From contig JANRKS010000019.1 in the NCBI GenBank assembly GCA_033763315.1, positions 257,018-321,017 of the forward strand: 64,000 nucleotides of DNA, in the 5' to 3' direction. The position numbers and the translations under genes were made by a program. Source of the stretch: Deltaproteobacteria bacterium (GTDB lineage Bacteria > Myxococcota_A > Polyangia > Fen-1088). The first letter of the stretch is position 1, and each line of letters begins with the position of its first letter. Under the pieces are notes generated by a model. It did no database searches and had not been told where the DNA came from. It saw only the letters and a list, made by a program, of their open reading frames with translations. This document shows positions 30,123-40,519 of the stretch, one piece after another.

Positions 30123-31573
30123 TGCGTTTTTGTGGGCGTGGCAACGGCCACGACTGCGGGGCGCGACAGGAGGTATGTGTTGGCCACGCGCATGACATCA
30201 TCTGCGGTGACGCGCTCGTATTGTTCGGCGCGTGAGAAAAGGGTTTTGAAGCTGCCGCTGCCGATTTCATACATGCCAAGCTGTTCCGCCCGGCCTTCGC
30301 TGCCGGCCAATCCCGTCCAAAAGTCCATCTGAAGCTTGTTTTTGGCGCGGGCCAGTTCATCGGCAGGCACGGGCTTTGTGGCGAGCTCTTTGATGAGTTT
30401 GGCGATAACGGCTTCGCCAGCGGCTGCGTTGTGGCCCTTGCGCATCTGCACCCAGAACACATAGAGGCCGTTTTCGCGCGTGGGGCCCACTTGGCAATCA
30501 GCGGAAGAAGCCATCTCGCCATCCACCACCATCGCCCGGTTCAACCGCGACGAAGGACCGGTGCTCAAGATGGCGTCAAGCACGTCGAACGCGGGCCGAT
30601 CGGCGTGACCCAAGGCGGGCGCACCTAAGGCCAAGGCAAATTTGTCGGCGGGCACCGGCCATTCGATCACATCGCGATGCGCGGCCACGGGCGCCTGTTC
30701 AGTCACGGCCGCCGGCGGCTGGATCGGGGACGGGGAAAGCGCGCCGTAACGCTGCACCACGGTGTCCAATGCGGCCTGTGGATCGAACTTACCCGCCACG
30801 ATGATCACCGCGTTGTTAGGTGCATAGTGCGTTTTGTAAAAACGTTGCACGGCTTTTTGCGAAACCTTCTTGATGTGATCCATGTAGCCGATCACGGGCC
30901 AACGGTAAGGATGGGTTCGGTAAGCTGCGGCGGTGATCAGTTCATCCAAACGGCCATCCACACTGTCTTCCACCGTGGCGAGACGCTCCTCGATCACCAC
31001 CTGGCGCTCCGTTTCAATCTGCTTTGGACGAAGCGCCAAATTGTGCATGCGATCCGCTTCAAGCGACGCAGCCAAATCCAATTCCGTGGGCGGCACAACG
31101 TTGATGTAAGCGGTAAAGTCGACGTCGGTCATCGCGTTCGATGCGCCGCCAGCGGCTTCCATGCGGAGGTCAAAATCGCCGTCGTTGGCGCTGGCCGTTT
31201 GCGTGAACATCAAATGCTCGAACAGGTGCGCAAGCCCCGTTTCGCCTGCAGGTTCGTTCTCATTGCGTGAGCCCACGCGGAACCATGTTGTGTAGGCCAC
31301 CGCTTTCGCGTGCGCATCGGGTGCGAGGATCACTTCAAGTCCATTGGGCAGCCGCCACTTACTGAACTGTAGTTCGCCGAGCGTTGCCTGATCGATGCGG
31401 GTGGGCGCTTGTGTTGACGTTGTCATGGACGTGGGGCTGTTGAGGGGACCGAGGTTGGAATGCGAGGGTGAGGGTGTGCCGCACGCCGTGAGCGAGGCGA
31501 CCCCGCAGACCAAGGCTATGGCATACCACGCACAGGGCAGGAGCAGAGACACCGAGCCAATCAAAGCACGCAC
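30119..31573 (-). CDS. M16-family zinc metallopeptidase (pitrilysin-like, active)
   Basis: 'GLAHLFEHLMF' (HxxEH). Lipoprotein-type signal 'VASLTAC'. Confidence 0.8.
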   Translation of the reverse strand: MRALIGSVSLLLPCAWYAIALVCGVASLTACGTPSPSHSNLGPLNSPTSMTTSTQAPTRIDQATLGELQFSKWRLPNGLEVILAPDAHAKAVAYTTWFRVGSRNENEPAGETGLAHLFEHLMFTQTASANDGDFDLRMEAAGGASNAMTDVDFTAYINVVPPTELDLAASLEADRMHNLALRPKQIETERQVVIEERLATVEDSVDGRLDELITAAAYRTHPYRWPVIGYMDHIKKVSQKAVQRFYKTHYAPNNAVIIVAGKFDPQAALDTVVQRYGALSPSPIQPPAAVTEQAPVAAHRDVIEWPVPADKFALALGAPALGHADRPAFDVLDAILSTGPSSRLNRAMVVDGEMASSADCQVGPTRENGLYVFWVQMRKGHNAAAGEAVIAKLIKELATKPVPADELARAKNKLQMDFWTGLAGSEGRAEQLGMYEIGSGSFKTLFSRAEQYERVTADDVMRVANTYLLSRPAVVAVATPTKTQ

Positions 31574-31575
31574 GC

Positions 31576-33108
31576 TCAGAACCGGGCGATGAGGCTCACG
31601 CTTAAGGTGTGGCTGTTGTAGCTATATCGGCCGTTGGCCGACGGACGCGCCGTACCTTGTGAGTAACCTTTGCATGCGGCGTTGGCTAGATCATAGCCAC
31701 TAGAGACACATGTGCTTGCGTCGTTGGGGTTGAACACGGAATTGGTGACATCGCGCTCGGGCATGTATGTGAAGGCATAGCCCGCGCGAAACGAGAATGC
31801 ACGCACGGTGACTTCAGCCATCGCGAACGGCGAAAACGCAAGGCCATCAACGGCGATCGGCGTGACGTAATCAAGCGGCACCGCCGAGCTGGCCACGCGC
31901 AGGCCGCCACCAACGCGCGCCCGCGGCCCAAATTTTCGGATGACGTTGCCTCGCACTTCAAGGCGGTTTTGAAAGCCTCGGTCCAAAACAATGCGGCTGC
32001 GCACGCCATTCTCGCCCAAGCCGGACCCCACGGGTGCCGCAAGCGTGAGCACCATGCGGTTGTGCACTGAAAACGTCTGGTAGCGCGCCGTGCCGGTAAA
32101 CGACCAACGCTCGTTCATTTGCCACGTGGCCCCGGCGATGAATGTATCGGGCAAGCGATAAGAAAGTTCGCCGTTCAAGCAGGGCGCGTTGTCCTTAGGC
32201 GGGCAGGGGGATTGCAAAGCCCCTCCCGAATCGTTGGCGATGCTGCCATCACGGATGCTCAAGCGCACGCCATCGCCATCATTGCCCAACGTGCGGCTCG
32301 TGTAGGCAATGCCCACCGACCAATCGTCTTTCTTGTAATGCAGACCTGCGCCCAACGTGTAGGCAGGGTTCGGCGCCAACGTGGAATCGCCCGCATTCAA
32401 GTTATAGCGTGTGGCGAAGGTGGGGTTCTCAGCCACGGGCATGCCCTGGTTGATGCCGCTGTCGTCGTCGAACGTGAAGTGACCGCTGGCAAACAGGAAG
32501 CCGGGCGCGAAGCCCAAGTGGATGTATTTCCCGAAGCGAATCGCCAGCGCGGGTACCAGCGCAAAGTTGCGCAGGTCGAGATCGATGCCGTGGTAACGCG
32601 TGGGCAAGGAACCATCGGATGATGGCTCATAGCGAACGCGTTCATAGGATGGCCAGTACCCAGCCAACGCCAAGGTGAAGCGCCCCAACACATTCGCACC
32701 GACGCCTAAGAACTGCCCCGGGCCTGGTGACCACGGGCGCGAGATGAGGGTTCCCGAGCCGTTGGACTTTGGGAAGGCGGTGCCGCCGTTCGGCGCGCGC
32801 TGCACGCTGGTGATGGCCGTTCCGAACACGCCCGATGCGTGAAATTCAGTGCCGGTGAGCAACGACAAAGCGGCGGGGTTCCAGTACACGGCGGTGATGT
32901 CGCCGGTGGTGGGGCCCGCAAAGCCCACGCCTCCCACGAAGGGTTCATCGAGGGGCGTTGCCAAGACGACCCGTGCCACTCCCAACGCCACACAACACAG
33001 CAGCACGCTTGCGGAGCGTCGCGCGTTTCTTACACGCCGTTCGGGGGCAGGGTGAAGGGCCAAAGCTAACGGCACGTTAGTCGATGCTTTGGCTCTCAGC
33101 AATTGCAT
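31576..33108 (-). CDS. Outer-membrane beta-barrel transporter of the FadL/OmpP1/TodX family
   Basis: N-terminal 'TAVYWNPAALS' family signature. Alternating beta-strand pattern and a C-terminal '...SLIARF'. 3 bp upstream of the M16 pair. Confidence 0.6.
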   Translation of the reverse strand: MQLLRAKASTNVPLALALHPAPERRVRNARRSASVLLCCVALGVARVVLATPLDEPFVGGVGFAGPTTGDITAVYWNPAALSLLTGTEFHASGVFGTAITSVQRAPNGGTAFPKSNGSGTLISRPWSPGPGQFLGVGANVLGRFTLALAGYWPSYERVRYEPSSDGSLPTRYHGIDLDLRNFALVPALAIRFGKYIHLGFAPGFLFASGHFTFDDDSGINQGMPVAENPTFATRYNLNAGDSTLAPNPAYTLGAGLHYKKDDWSVGIAYTSRTLGNDGDGVRLSIRDGSIANDSGGALQSPCPPKDNAPCLNGELSYRLPDTFIAGATWQMNERWSFTGTARYQTFSVHNRMVLTLAAPVGSGLGENGVRSRIVLDRGFQNRLEVRGNVIRKFGPRARVGGGLRVASSAVPLDYVTPIAVDGLAFSPFAMAEVTVRAFSFRAGYAFTYMPERDVTNSVFNPNDASTCVSSGYDLANAACKGYSQGTARPSANGRYSYNSHTLSVSLIARF

Positions 33109-33179
33109 TGACGGCGCCGCACCAAGAGCGCCAGTACGTGGGTGCCTTGACCAGGCCTTTGCTGCCTGGATAAGCTGCT

Positions 33180-34511
33180 TTGGTGATTACCAACCGCGCG
33201 GAAGGCAAAGTTTTTTCCATTCATGGCCGTGTGTTGGTGGCAGCCGCCCCGCTGCTGCTTGTGGCCCTGGCCAGCGTGACCCTGGGCGCCGGGTGCGAGA
33301 AGGTTTCCGTCGAGACGATTGATAAATGGAAGGGCACCGTCAAAGGCCCAGACAAACTGCAAGACGCTTTCACAGACGGTGGCCTCGATCCCGACCTCAG
33401 GGCGCGTGCGGCGATCGCGTTGCAGTCGCTCGGCCGCGGTGAGTTTGTGGCGTCGGCGCTCAAGTCCATGTCGGCGGGCGATCGCACGCCCGTGGTTTCG
33501 GCGCTTGTGCGTCTGCAGGCCGCCACAGTGAAAAATGGCGAGGGCAACGCGCAGGACGCGCGCGACGGCCTGTTTTTGGTCCGTGAATATGCGACGGGGG
33601 CTGATCGCGACACGGCTGATGAGGCTCTGATGCTGGCCATCGAGAACCAGATGACCAGCGCAGGCAAGATGGGCGGCAGCCAGAGTTTGGCCAAGATCGT
33701 CGAAGCGTTGGGACCAAAGGCTTCGCCTCTGTTGGTGAAGCTGATGGCCATGCCGAAGGCGCCGCACGCGGAGGTGGCTGAGCTGCTGGCAAAAGTAGGG
33801 GACGCGGCCGCGAAAAGCCAAGCGGGCGATGCGTATTTGCCGGTGGCGAAGAAGGCCGGCAACGCTGAGCCCGGGTCGTGGCAAGCCCTGGGCCTGCTCG
33901 CGAGCCCGGCGGTTGTGGCTTACCTCAAACACCAAGTTGACGAAGCTCCGTGGCAGCAGGGACAGCAAGCCGCACGTGCGTTAACCTTACAGCCGCACCC
34001 CGAGTTGGGTGAATTCGCGTTGGTGCGCGCGGCCAATCCCAAGCTGCATGGAAACGTCCGCGAGGAGATGTTCACGCTCGCGGCCACGTGTTGTGGCGCT
34101 GCCACTGTGCCGGGTTTGGCGAAGTTGATGCAAACGTCGGCCGATCCGATGGTGAAATACCGGGCGTTCTCGGCCGTTTTGCAGGCGGCTGGGGCAGGTG
34201 GCGTGGACGCGGGGCTTGATGGCCTCGATAAAGTGGCTGTGAAGCCCGAGGACGCGGACGACTTTCTGGTTAAGGAAATCGCCAAGCTGGGTGCGCCAGC
34301 GCGGGAGGCATCCTTGAAGCTTCTGTCAGCGCCCGCGCCGCTAAAGCGGATGGTGGCCGTGATGTGTTTGGCGAAGGTTGGCAAGCCTGACGACGCGCAG
34401 CAATTGAAGGCTTTGGCGAACGACAAAGCCACCGTGAAAGGCTTCCCTGCCGGGCAAACCGTGGGGCGCGAGGCAGATCGTGTGGCAAGTCTCTTGGCCA
34501 AGGGGGGCTAA
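33180..34511 (+). CDS. Periplasmic HEAT/ARM-repeat lipoprotein
   Basis: Signal plus lipobox 'LVALASVTLGAGC' and repeated helical pairs. Confidence 0.5.
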   Translation: MVITNRAEGKVFSIHGRVLVAAAPLLLVALASVTLGAGCEKVSVETIDKWKGTVKGPDKLQDAFTDGGLDPDLRARAAIALQSLGRGEFVASALKSMSAGDRTPVVSALVRLQAATVKNGEGNAQDARDGLFLVREYATGADRDTADEALMLAIENQMTSAGKMGGSQSLAKIVEALGPKASPLLVKLMAMPKAPHAEVAELLAKVGDAAAKSQAGDAYLPVAKKAGNAEPGSWQALGLLASPAVVAYLKHQVDEAPWQQGQQAARALTLQPHPELGEFALVRAANPKLHGNVREEMFTLAATCCGAATVPGLAKLMQTSADPMVKYRAFSAVLQAAGAGGVDAGLDGLDKVAVKPEDADDFLVKEIAKLGAPAREASLKLLSAPAPLKRMVAVMCLAKVGKPDDAQQLKALANDKATVKGFPAGQTVGREADRVASLLAKGG

Positions 34512-34521
34512 CTAGGCCACA

Positions 34522-35169
34522 ATGGCGCCGGCCGTTCATCTGCAGACCACGATGACCACAGATCTCAATAAGAAAACCCTTCGTCATTTTTATTGCCGAG
34601 ACGCGCTTTGGCAGTGCTTCGAGCGCATGTCCGAAGACTTTGATCGTGGCATCGATGATCTGGTCAACGAGGCGATGCGGTTCTTTGCGCGCGAAAAGGG
34701 CTATTTGCCGACGGAGAACGACAAGCCCAGTTTGCCCACGCCGCCCCCGCGCTTGCCATCCGTGCCGCCGCCCCCGCCGGCCCCGCGCACAACCGTGCCT
34801 CGACCGGCCGTGGGCGTGACGCCGCCTCCGCGCGTGACGGCGTCGCCTCCCTTGCCTGCCGCCGCGCCCGCGCGTACCGATGTTCCGGCGCCACCGCTTT
34901 ACCTGATGTTCGATGGGCGCAAGTACCTCATCGACAAAGACCAGTTCATCATCGGGCGTGGGGCTAAAAGCTCCGATTTGCCGATCCGCGATGGCAATAT
35001 TTCGCGTAAGCACTGCGCGGTTGTTCGGCGCAATGGGGCTTACTACATCAAGGATCTGGGCTCCACCAATGGCATCGACTTCGAGGGCAACCGTGTGGAC
35101 AACCGCCGCATCGAAGAAGGTGACACGTACTACCTGTGTGACTACGAGCTGAAGTTCACGTACAAGTAG
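34522..35169 (+). CDS. FHA-domain protein
   Basis: C-terminal 'FIIGRGAKSSDLPIRDGNISRKHCAVVRRNGAYYIKDLGSTNGIDFEGNRV' FHA signature. Pro-rich linker. Confidence 0.8.
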   Translation: MAPAVHLQTTMTTDLNKKTLRHFYCRDALWQCFERMSEDFDRGIDDLVNEAMRFFAREKGYLPTENDKPSLPTPPPRLPSVPPPPPAPRTTVPRPAVGVTPPPRVTASPPLPAAAPARTDVPAPPLYLMFDGRKYLIDKDQFIIGRGAKSSDLPIRDGNISRKHCAVVRRNGAYYIKDLGSTNGIDFEGNRVDNRRIEEGDTYYLCDYELKFTYK

Positions 35170-35174
35170 CGGCG

Positions 35175-37829
35175 TTGCCGAAATCGAATCGCTTCTTCGA
35201 CGCCGCCTGGGCGAGCGTAAACGCACTGATTGGCTGTGTGCTGTTTGGGGTGTGGGGTGGTGCCGCCGCGGGCGTCGTGGACGCGCTGGTTTCGGCGTTG
35301 CGCTTGTGGGATCAGATTGGTGGTGTGCGCCGGGCCGAACTGTTCGCGTTGGGCGCGGCCTTGGGGGCGGGTGCCGGCGTGGCCGCCGCCTGCGTCACCG
35401 CCATGGTGGCGGCTGCCGTGACGGCGGTGGCGAGGCGTTTTCACAAAGCACACTGGGCGCCCGCTGTGTGGGCCCCGCTGTTGTTGGCACCCGTGCTGTG
35501 GTTCGCGGCCTTCGCCGCTTTTGCGGGACCGAAAGCGCGGACGATTCCGGGCCACGTGCTTTTGTCTGTGGCCCTGTTCGTGATTGGGCTCGCTGGCTGC
35601 GGTGGCTTTGCTTTGGCGGTGACGCACATCAAACGCGGGCGGTGGCAGTGGCCTTTGCTTGCGTTGGCTTGCCTGTTTGCGCTTGGTTGGGTGAACGCGA
35701 ATGTCCTGCCGCGGCTTTATCCGTGGTTTCACACAAGCCTGGCGATCTTCGCGCTGGCGCTGGGCTTACTGGCCGCGTGGTTGTGGCCGCGGCCTAAACG
35801 GGCGCGCGGGCTGGTGATCGCCACGTTGGTTGTGGTGTTGGCGCCACTGGCGGTGAGTTACCACGCGCTGACCACGAGCCGGCAGATTCGCTTTGCGTTG
35901 TTCGATAAGACAGCCGCGTTGTCTGCGTACGCGAAGGTGTTACCGCTGCCTTCGGCCAAACGCGTGGCGGTGCCGCGCGCCTCGACGCCAGAGGCGCTTG
36001 CACAAGCGCTGCCCACGGGTCCCAAGCGGCCGGGCGCCGACGTTGTGCTCATCACGATCGATGCCCTTCGTCCTGATCACGTGGGCGCCTACGGCTACAA
36101 GCGACGGACGACACCATCGCTCGATGCCCTGGCGGCGCAAAGCACGCGCTTTGAGCGGGCGTACACCCAGGCACCGCACACCTCGTTTGCGACAACGTCG
36201 ATGTTGACCGGCAAGTATTACCCAACGCTTCTGCGCCTCAAGGCGGGCGAGGGGGGGGATCCGATCACCACGGTGCTGCGTCGTTATGGCTGGCGCACAG
36301 CCGCGTTTTATCCGCCAGCGGTGTTCTTTGTGGACGGCGAAAAGTTGGCGAGCTTTCGCGACAGCGCATTTGGCTTCGAATACGTCAAGGTCGAGTTCCT
36401 CGACGCCGAAGGACGCCTTGAACAAATCAAAAGCTACTTCGACACGGTCAAGCCAGAACACGCGTTCTTATGGGTGCACTTCTTCGAGCCGCACGAGCCT
36501 TATGAACAGCACGAAGGTTTCGCCTTCGGCAGTGGCGACAAAGATCGCTACGACAGCGAGGTTGCTTACACCGATCGGGCTGTGGGCAAGTTGGTTGCGT
36601 ATCTTCGCAGCACGCGTCCCAATGCCGTGGTGATCGTGTCAGCTGACCACGGTGAAGAGTTCGACGAGCATGGGGGCCGGTACCACGGCAGTTCACTTTA
36701 CGAAGAGCAAGTGCGTGTGCCTTTGCTTGTGCACGTGCCTGGGCTGCCGCCGCAGGTTGTGAACGGGCAGGCCGAGCTGCTTGACGTGGCGCCAACGGTT
36801 CTTGGCTTGCTGGACATTCCCATTCCCGTGCGCATGAAGGGCACGGATTTAGGGCCATGGTTGGCGGGTGCCCCTGGCACGGCGTTGCCATCTGCGTTTG
36901 CCGAGGTGGAAGACAAACGCATGGTGGTGCACGACCAAAAAAAATTGATCTGTGCGCGCGAATCGACGGTGTGCCAGCTGTTTGATCTGGCGGCTGACCC
37001 CTCGGAGCGCCGCGATCTGATCGACCATCAGCCAGCGCAAGCGGAGGTGCTGCGCGCGCAGATGGAGCGGTGGCTGGACGCGCAGGGGCGCTATGAAGTG
37101 TTGCAAGCACCGGCCGCGCGGGCCGCTTTGCCCAAAGCCATCGAACGCGGGCGCCTAGGCGAAGTTGAAGCGGCGCCCGAGCTGCTGGCGCTGGCGGCAG
37201 CTGCGCCCGCCACGCCGCTTGGAGAAGAGGCAGCACAACTGCTGGCCGTGATGCCTGCCCAAGCGACTTTGGCGCCGGCCTTGGCAACGGCCGCCAAGCG
37301 GTGCAAGGAAGGCCGAACGGCGGCCTGGCTGGCCATCGCGGCGTACGCGGCGGGGGCCGATACGCAACCTGAAGTGCGAAGCCTGGTGGCGCTCACCGAT
37401 GAGCCGAGCCGGGATTTGGCCTTCAATGCGGCTCTGGTTTTGGCCGAGCGTGGGGAAAAGTTGGGGGTGCCCGTTCTGACCGCTTCGCTTGCCACATGCA
37501 ACGGCACGTTGCTTTGTCGCCGCACGATTGGGGCGCTCGGCAAGCTGGGCGAACGCGCCGCCGTGCCTGCGTTGCACGACACGATGGCTGACGTTAACGC
37601 GCGCCTGGAGGTGGTGCGAGCCCTTGGGCAACTGAGGGATCCGCGGTCTTTGCCGGTGCTCACCAAAGCGTTGCGTGAAGACAAGCGTGTGCCGGTGCGC
37701 GCGGAAGCCGCCCGTGTTTTGGCGCTTTATCCACAAACGCGCGCCGTTTTGCGGCAGGCGCTGGGGGAGGAACGAGAGCCGTCGGTGCGCGAAGCGATCA
37801 AAGCGGCGATCAAAGCGCCCCGGTTGTAG
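35175..37829 (+). CDS. Polytopic membrane sulfatase/alkaline-phosphatase-superfamily hydrolase (LTA-synthase-like) with C-terminal HEAT repeats
   Basis: About 6 N-terminal TM helices. 'VVLITIDALRPDHVGAYGY...LTGKYYP' sulfatase motif. C-terminal 'LALTDEPSRDLAFNAALVLAERG' HEAT-like repeats. Confidence 0.65.
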   Translation: MPKSNRFFDAAWASVNALIGCVLFGVWGGAAAGVVDALVSALRLWDQIGGVRRAELFALGAALGAGAGVAAACVTAMVAAAVTAVARRFHKAHWAPAVWAPLLLAPVLWFAAFAAFAGPKARTIPGHVLLSVALFVIGLAGCGGFALAVTHIKRGRWQWPLLALACLFALGWVNANVLPRLYPWFHTSLAIFALALGLLAAWLWPRPKRARGLVIATLVVVLAPLAVSYHALTTSRQIRFALFDKTAALSAYAKVLPLPSAKRVAVPRASTPEALAQALPTGPKRPGADVVLITIDALRPDHVGAYGYKRRTTPSLDALAAQSTRFERAYTQAPHTSFATTSMLTGKYYPTLLRLKAGEGGDPITTVLRRYGWRTAAFYPPAVFFVDGEKLASFRDSAFGFEYVKVEFLDAEGRLEQIKSYFDTVKPEHAFLWVHFFEPHEPYEQHEGFAFGSGDKDRYDSEVAYTDRAVGKLVAYLRSTRPNAVVIVSADHGEEFDEHGGRYHGSSLYEEQVRVPLLVHVPGLPPQVVNGQAELLDVAPTVLGLLDIPIPVRMKGTDLGPWLAGAPGTALPSAFAEVEDKRMVVHDQKKLICARESTVCQLFDLAADPSERRDLIDHQPAQAEVLRAQMERWLDAQGRYEVLQAPAARAALPKAIERGRLGEVEAAPELLALAAAAPATPLGEEAAQLLAVMPAQATLAPALATAAKRCKEGRTAAWLAIAAYAAGADTQPEVRSLVALTDEPSRDLAFNAALVLAERGEKLGVPVLTASLATCNGTLLCRRTIGALGKLGERAAVPALHDTMADVNARLEVVRALGQLRDPRSLPVLTKALREDKRVPVRAEAARVLALYPQTRAVLRQALGEEREPSVREAIKAAIKAPRL

Positions 37830-38169
37830 CGGCCCGCAACCACTGCCAATAGTCCTGGCTGGCGGCTTCGGCGCCGAGCACAACCACTTCGGGCACCTCG
37901 TAGGTGTGCAGCTCGTGCAGGCGCGTCACAAGCGCGGGCAGTCGGTCGCGCTGCGTTTTGATGAGGCACAACACCTCCACGTCATGCGTCAGCTGGCCCT
38001 GCCATTCATACGTGGACGCCACACCAGGCAGGGCGTTCACGCAGGCAGCCAAGCGCTCGCGCACGAGTGTGTCTGCCAGGCTTTGCGCGGCAGCGGCCGT
38101 GGGTAGGGTGGTAAGAACGGCCACCAGATCGCCGGCGGGTACCAAGGGGGAAGCGAGGCGCGAGGGCAT
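37810..38169 (-). CDS. cutA: Divalent-cation tolerance protein CutA
   Basis: 'VPEVVVLGAEAASQDYWQWL' CutA C-terminus, about 119 aa. The ORF-track extension was trimmed. Confidence 0.75.
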   Translation of the reverse strand: MPSRLASPLVPAGDLVAVLTTLPTAAAAQSLADTLVRERLAACVNALPGVASTYEWQGQLTHDVEVLCLIKTQRDRLPALVTRLHELHTYEVPEVVVLGAEAASQDYWQWLRAATTGAL

Positions 38170-38256
38170 GGTTGTCCTTAACCGTGCAGAGTAGCAAGCG
38201 GCAACCCCCATTGGCCCGTTGACGTTCGCGCGCGGGCGCAGTACAAACCGCGACCG

Positions 38257-39483
38257 GTGCTGATCGTTCAAAAATACGGCGGAACCTCCGTAGGTTCGGT
38301 GGAGCGCATCCAAAACGTGGCCCGGCGTTGCTTGGAATCGCAACGCAAGGGGCACCGCATCGCTGTGGTGGTTTCTGCCATGTCGGGCGAGACGAACCGG
38401 CTCATCGGCCTGGCCAAGAAGATTTGCGAAGATCCCAACGAGCGCGAACTTGATGTGATCGCGTCCACCGGCGAGCAAGTGTCGGTGGGTTTGCTGGCGC
38501 TCGCCATCCAGGCCTTGGGCGGCAAAGCCAAATCGCTGTTAGGCCACCAAGTGCGTGTGCAAACAGATAGGGCATATTCGCGCGCGCGCATCCGCACGAT
38601 CGACGCACAATCGATCTTGGATGCAATGGATCGCGGCGAGATCGCCGTTGTGGCGGGCTTTCAGGGCGTCGACGATCTGGGCAACATCACAACGCTCGGT
38701 CGTGGCGGCTCGGACACTTCGGCCGTGGCTGTGGCCGCGGCTTTGAAGGCCGACGTTTGCGAGATTTACACCGACGTGGACGGCGTTTATACAGCCGACC
38801 CCAACGTGGTGACCACCGCCCGGAAGGTGGCGCGCATCAGCTACGAGGAAATGCTTGAACTGGCTTCGTTGGGCGCCAAGGTTCTGCAGATTCGCTCGGT
38901 TGAATTCGGCATGAAATACGGCGTGCCGATTCACGTTCGCTCAAGCTTCAACGACAACGAAGGAACCTGGGTCGTGCCGGAAGAAAAAGCCATGGAAAGT
39001 GTTCTTGTCTCTGGGGTAACGGCCACGAAGGACGAGGCGAAGATCACATTGGTGGGCATTGAAGATGCCACCGGGATCGCGGCCCGCGTGTTCAAGCCCT
39101 TGGCTGACGCTGGCATCGTTGTTGACGTCATCGTGCAGGCGCTTGGGTCGGACGGCAAGATCAGCCTTACGTTCACGCTTTCGAATGGTGATCTGAAGCG
39201 AGCCAAAGAGGTTCTCGTGAAGAACTGCTCGGAGCTTGTGCCGGCCGAGCGCATCTTGACGGAAAGCAACCTGTCGAAGGTTTCGATCGTCGGCGTGGGT
39301 ATGCGCTCGCACGCGGGTGTGGCGCTCAAGATGTTCGAGATCTTGTCGCAGGAGAACATCCGCATTCAGTTGATCTCCACGTCCGAGATCAAGATCTCGT
39401 GTGTCGTTGACGCCAAGTACAGTGAGCTGGCGGTGCGCGTGTTGCACGACGGCTTCAACTTGGGCGGCAAAGACGCAGGCTAA
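38257..39483 (+). CDS. lysC: Aspartate kinase
   Basis: '[12 protein letters not shown]', '[13 protein letters not shown]', and two C-terminal ACT domains. Confidence 0.9.
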   Translation: MLIVQKYGGTSVGSVERIQNVARRCLESQRKGHRIAVVVSAMSGETNRLIGLAKKICEDPNERELDVIASTGEQVSVGLLALAIQALGGKAKSLLGHQVRVQTDRAYSRARIRTIDAQSILDAMDRGEIAVVAGFQGVDDLGNITTLGRGGSDTSAVAVAAALKADVCEIYTDVDGVYTADPNVVTTARKVARISYEEMLELASLGAKVLQIRSVEFGMKYGVPIHVRSSFNDNEGTWVVPEEKAMESVLVSGVTATKDEAKITLVGIEDATGIAARVFKPLADAGIVVDVIVQALGSDGKISLTFTLSNGDLKRAKEVLVKNCSELVPAERILTESNLSKVSIVGVGMRSHAGVALKMFEILSQENIRIQLISTSEIKISCVVDAKYSELAVRVLHDGFNLGGKDAG

Positions 39484-39498
39484 AGCCCCCGGCGGGCC

Positions 39499-40509
39499 TC
39501 AATAGCCGAGCTGCACTTGGCGCGGTTTGCCGTATTTATCGGGCACGAATTTCAGGCGGCTGCGTTCGCTGCCAAGTGTGATCGTGGTGGCCGCCACGGT
39601 GCCGGCCTGCACCTGCAGCGGCTGGCGCGTCACATCTGACGAGCTTTCGTGCCAAGCGATCAGCTCGTAAGCGCCCGGGGGCACGCCGCGAATGGTGAAT
39701 CGCCCGCTGCTGCCCGCTTGGGCGAACCACGGGCTATCCACCACCACCACGTAGCCCAGCATCTGTGCGTGAATGTTGCAAAGCACCTGCACGGCGCCTG
39801 CGTGTGTGAAGGTCTTGCTGTAGCTGGCGCCGTCCTTGTAGAGGCCACCGTCAAAATCATTGGGGCGGCTGAGCGAGAACACGTTGTGGAAGATGGTGTC
39901 TTCGTTGTGAAAGGCCACTTTTGAGCCCAACGTCACCGGAAGAACGTGAGGGACAAACGTTTTATCCCGTTGGGTCATCTCGCGGCCCCGCAACGGTGCG
40001 GGGCGGGGCGTGGGCCCATCTTTGCGGCGCAACCATACCACCGTGCCGCCGGGGCCTAAACTGCCACCGCCTTGCACGGTGCCTTTCACACTGCCCGCTG
40101 CAACTTCGGCAGCCGCTTCCGCTTGCGGCGCGGCCGGGGTGGCGGGCGCAACGATCGGTGCCGCCGCTTCACCTCCAGCGCGTCGTCGCGCTTCGGTGGC
40201 CAAGGGGCGCACGACGCGTGCGGTTTCAGCATCCAGGCCCGCAAGCGACAGCAGGTGTTCCCATTTTTGTGCGGCCACGCCATAGCGGCCCGCATCCCAA
40301 GCCACCTTGCCACCCGCCAAAAGGTTAAACACAAGGTAAGCGCGTTCGGCCGCGGCTTTGACGGCGAGATCTTCCGGCGTGCGAACCGCCAGCGGCAGCG
40401 GCATCTCTTCACCGGCCCAGGGCACTTCCGCATTTTTCGGTTCCGCGCCGGCCGTGCTGCCGAGGCCCAAAGCCAAGGCCAGTGAGAAGGTTGTGAAGCG
40501 TTTGCTCAT
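39499..40509 (-). CDS. Secreted cupredoxin-like (type-1 copper site) protein with a carboxypeptidase-regulatory-like beta-sandwich segment
   Basis: Signal 'FSLALALGLGSTAGA'. 'FHNEDTIFHNV...VLCNIHAQM' gives a His...Cys-x2-His-x2-Met ligand pattern. 'GRFTIRGVPPGAYEL'. Confidence 0.5.
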   Translation of the reverse strand: MSKRFTTFSLALALGLGSTAGAEPKNAEVPWAGEEMPLPLAVRTPEDLAVKAAAERAYLVFNLLAGGKVAWDAGRYGVAAQKWEHLLSLAGLDAETARVVRPLATEARRRAGGEAAAPIVAPATPAAPQAEAAAEVAAGSVKGTVQGGGSLGPGGTVVWLRRKDGPTPRPAPLRGREMTQRDKTFVPHVLPVTLGSKVAFHNEDTIFHNVFSLSRPNDFDGGLYKDGASYSKTFTHAGAVQVLCNIHAQMLGYVVVVDSPWFAQAGSSGRFTIRGVPPGAYELIAWHESSSDVTRQPLQVQAGTVAATTITLGSERSRLKFVPDKYGKPRQVQLGY

Positions 40510-40519
40510 CGTCGTTTGC

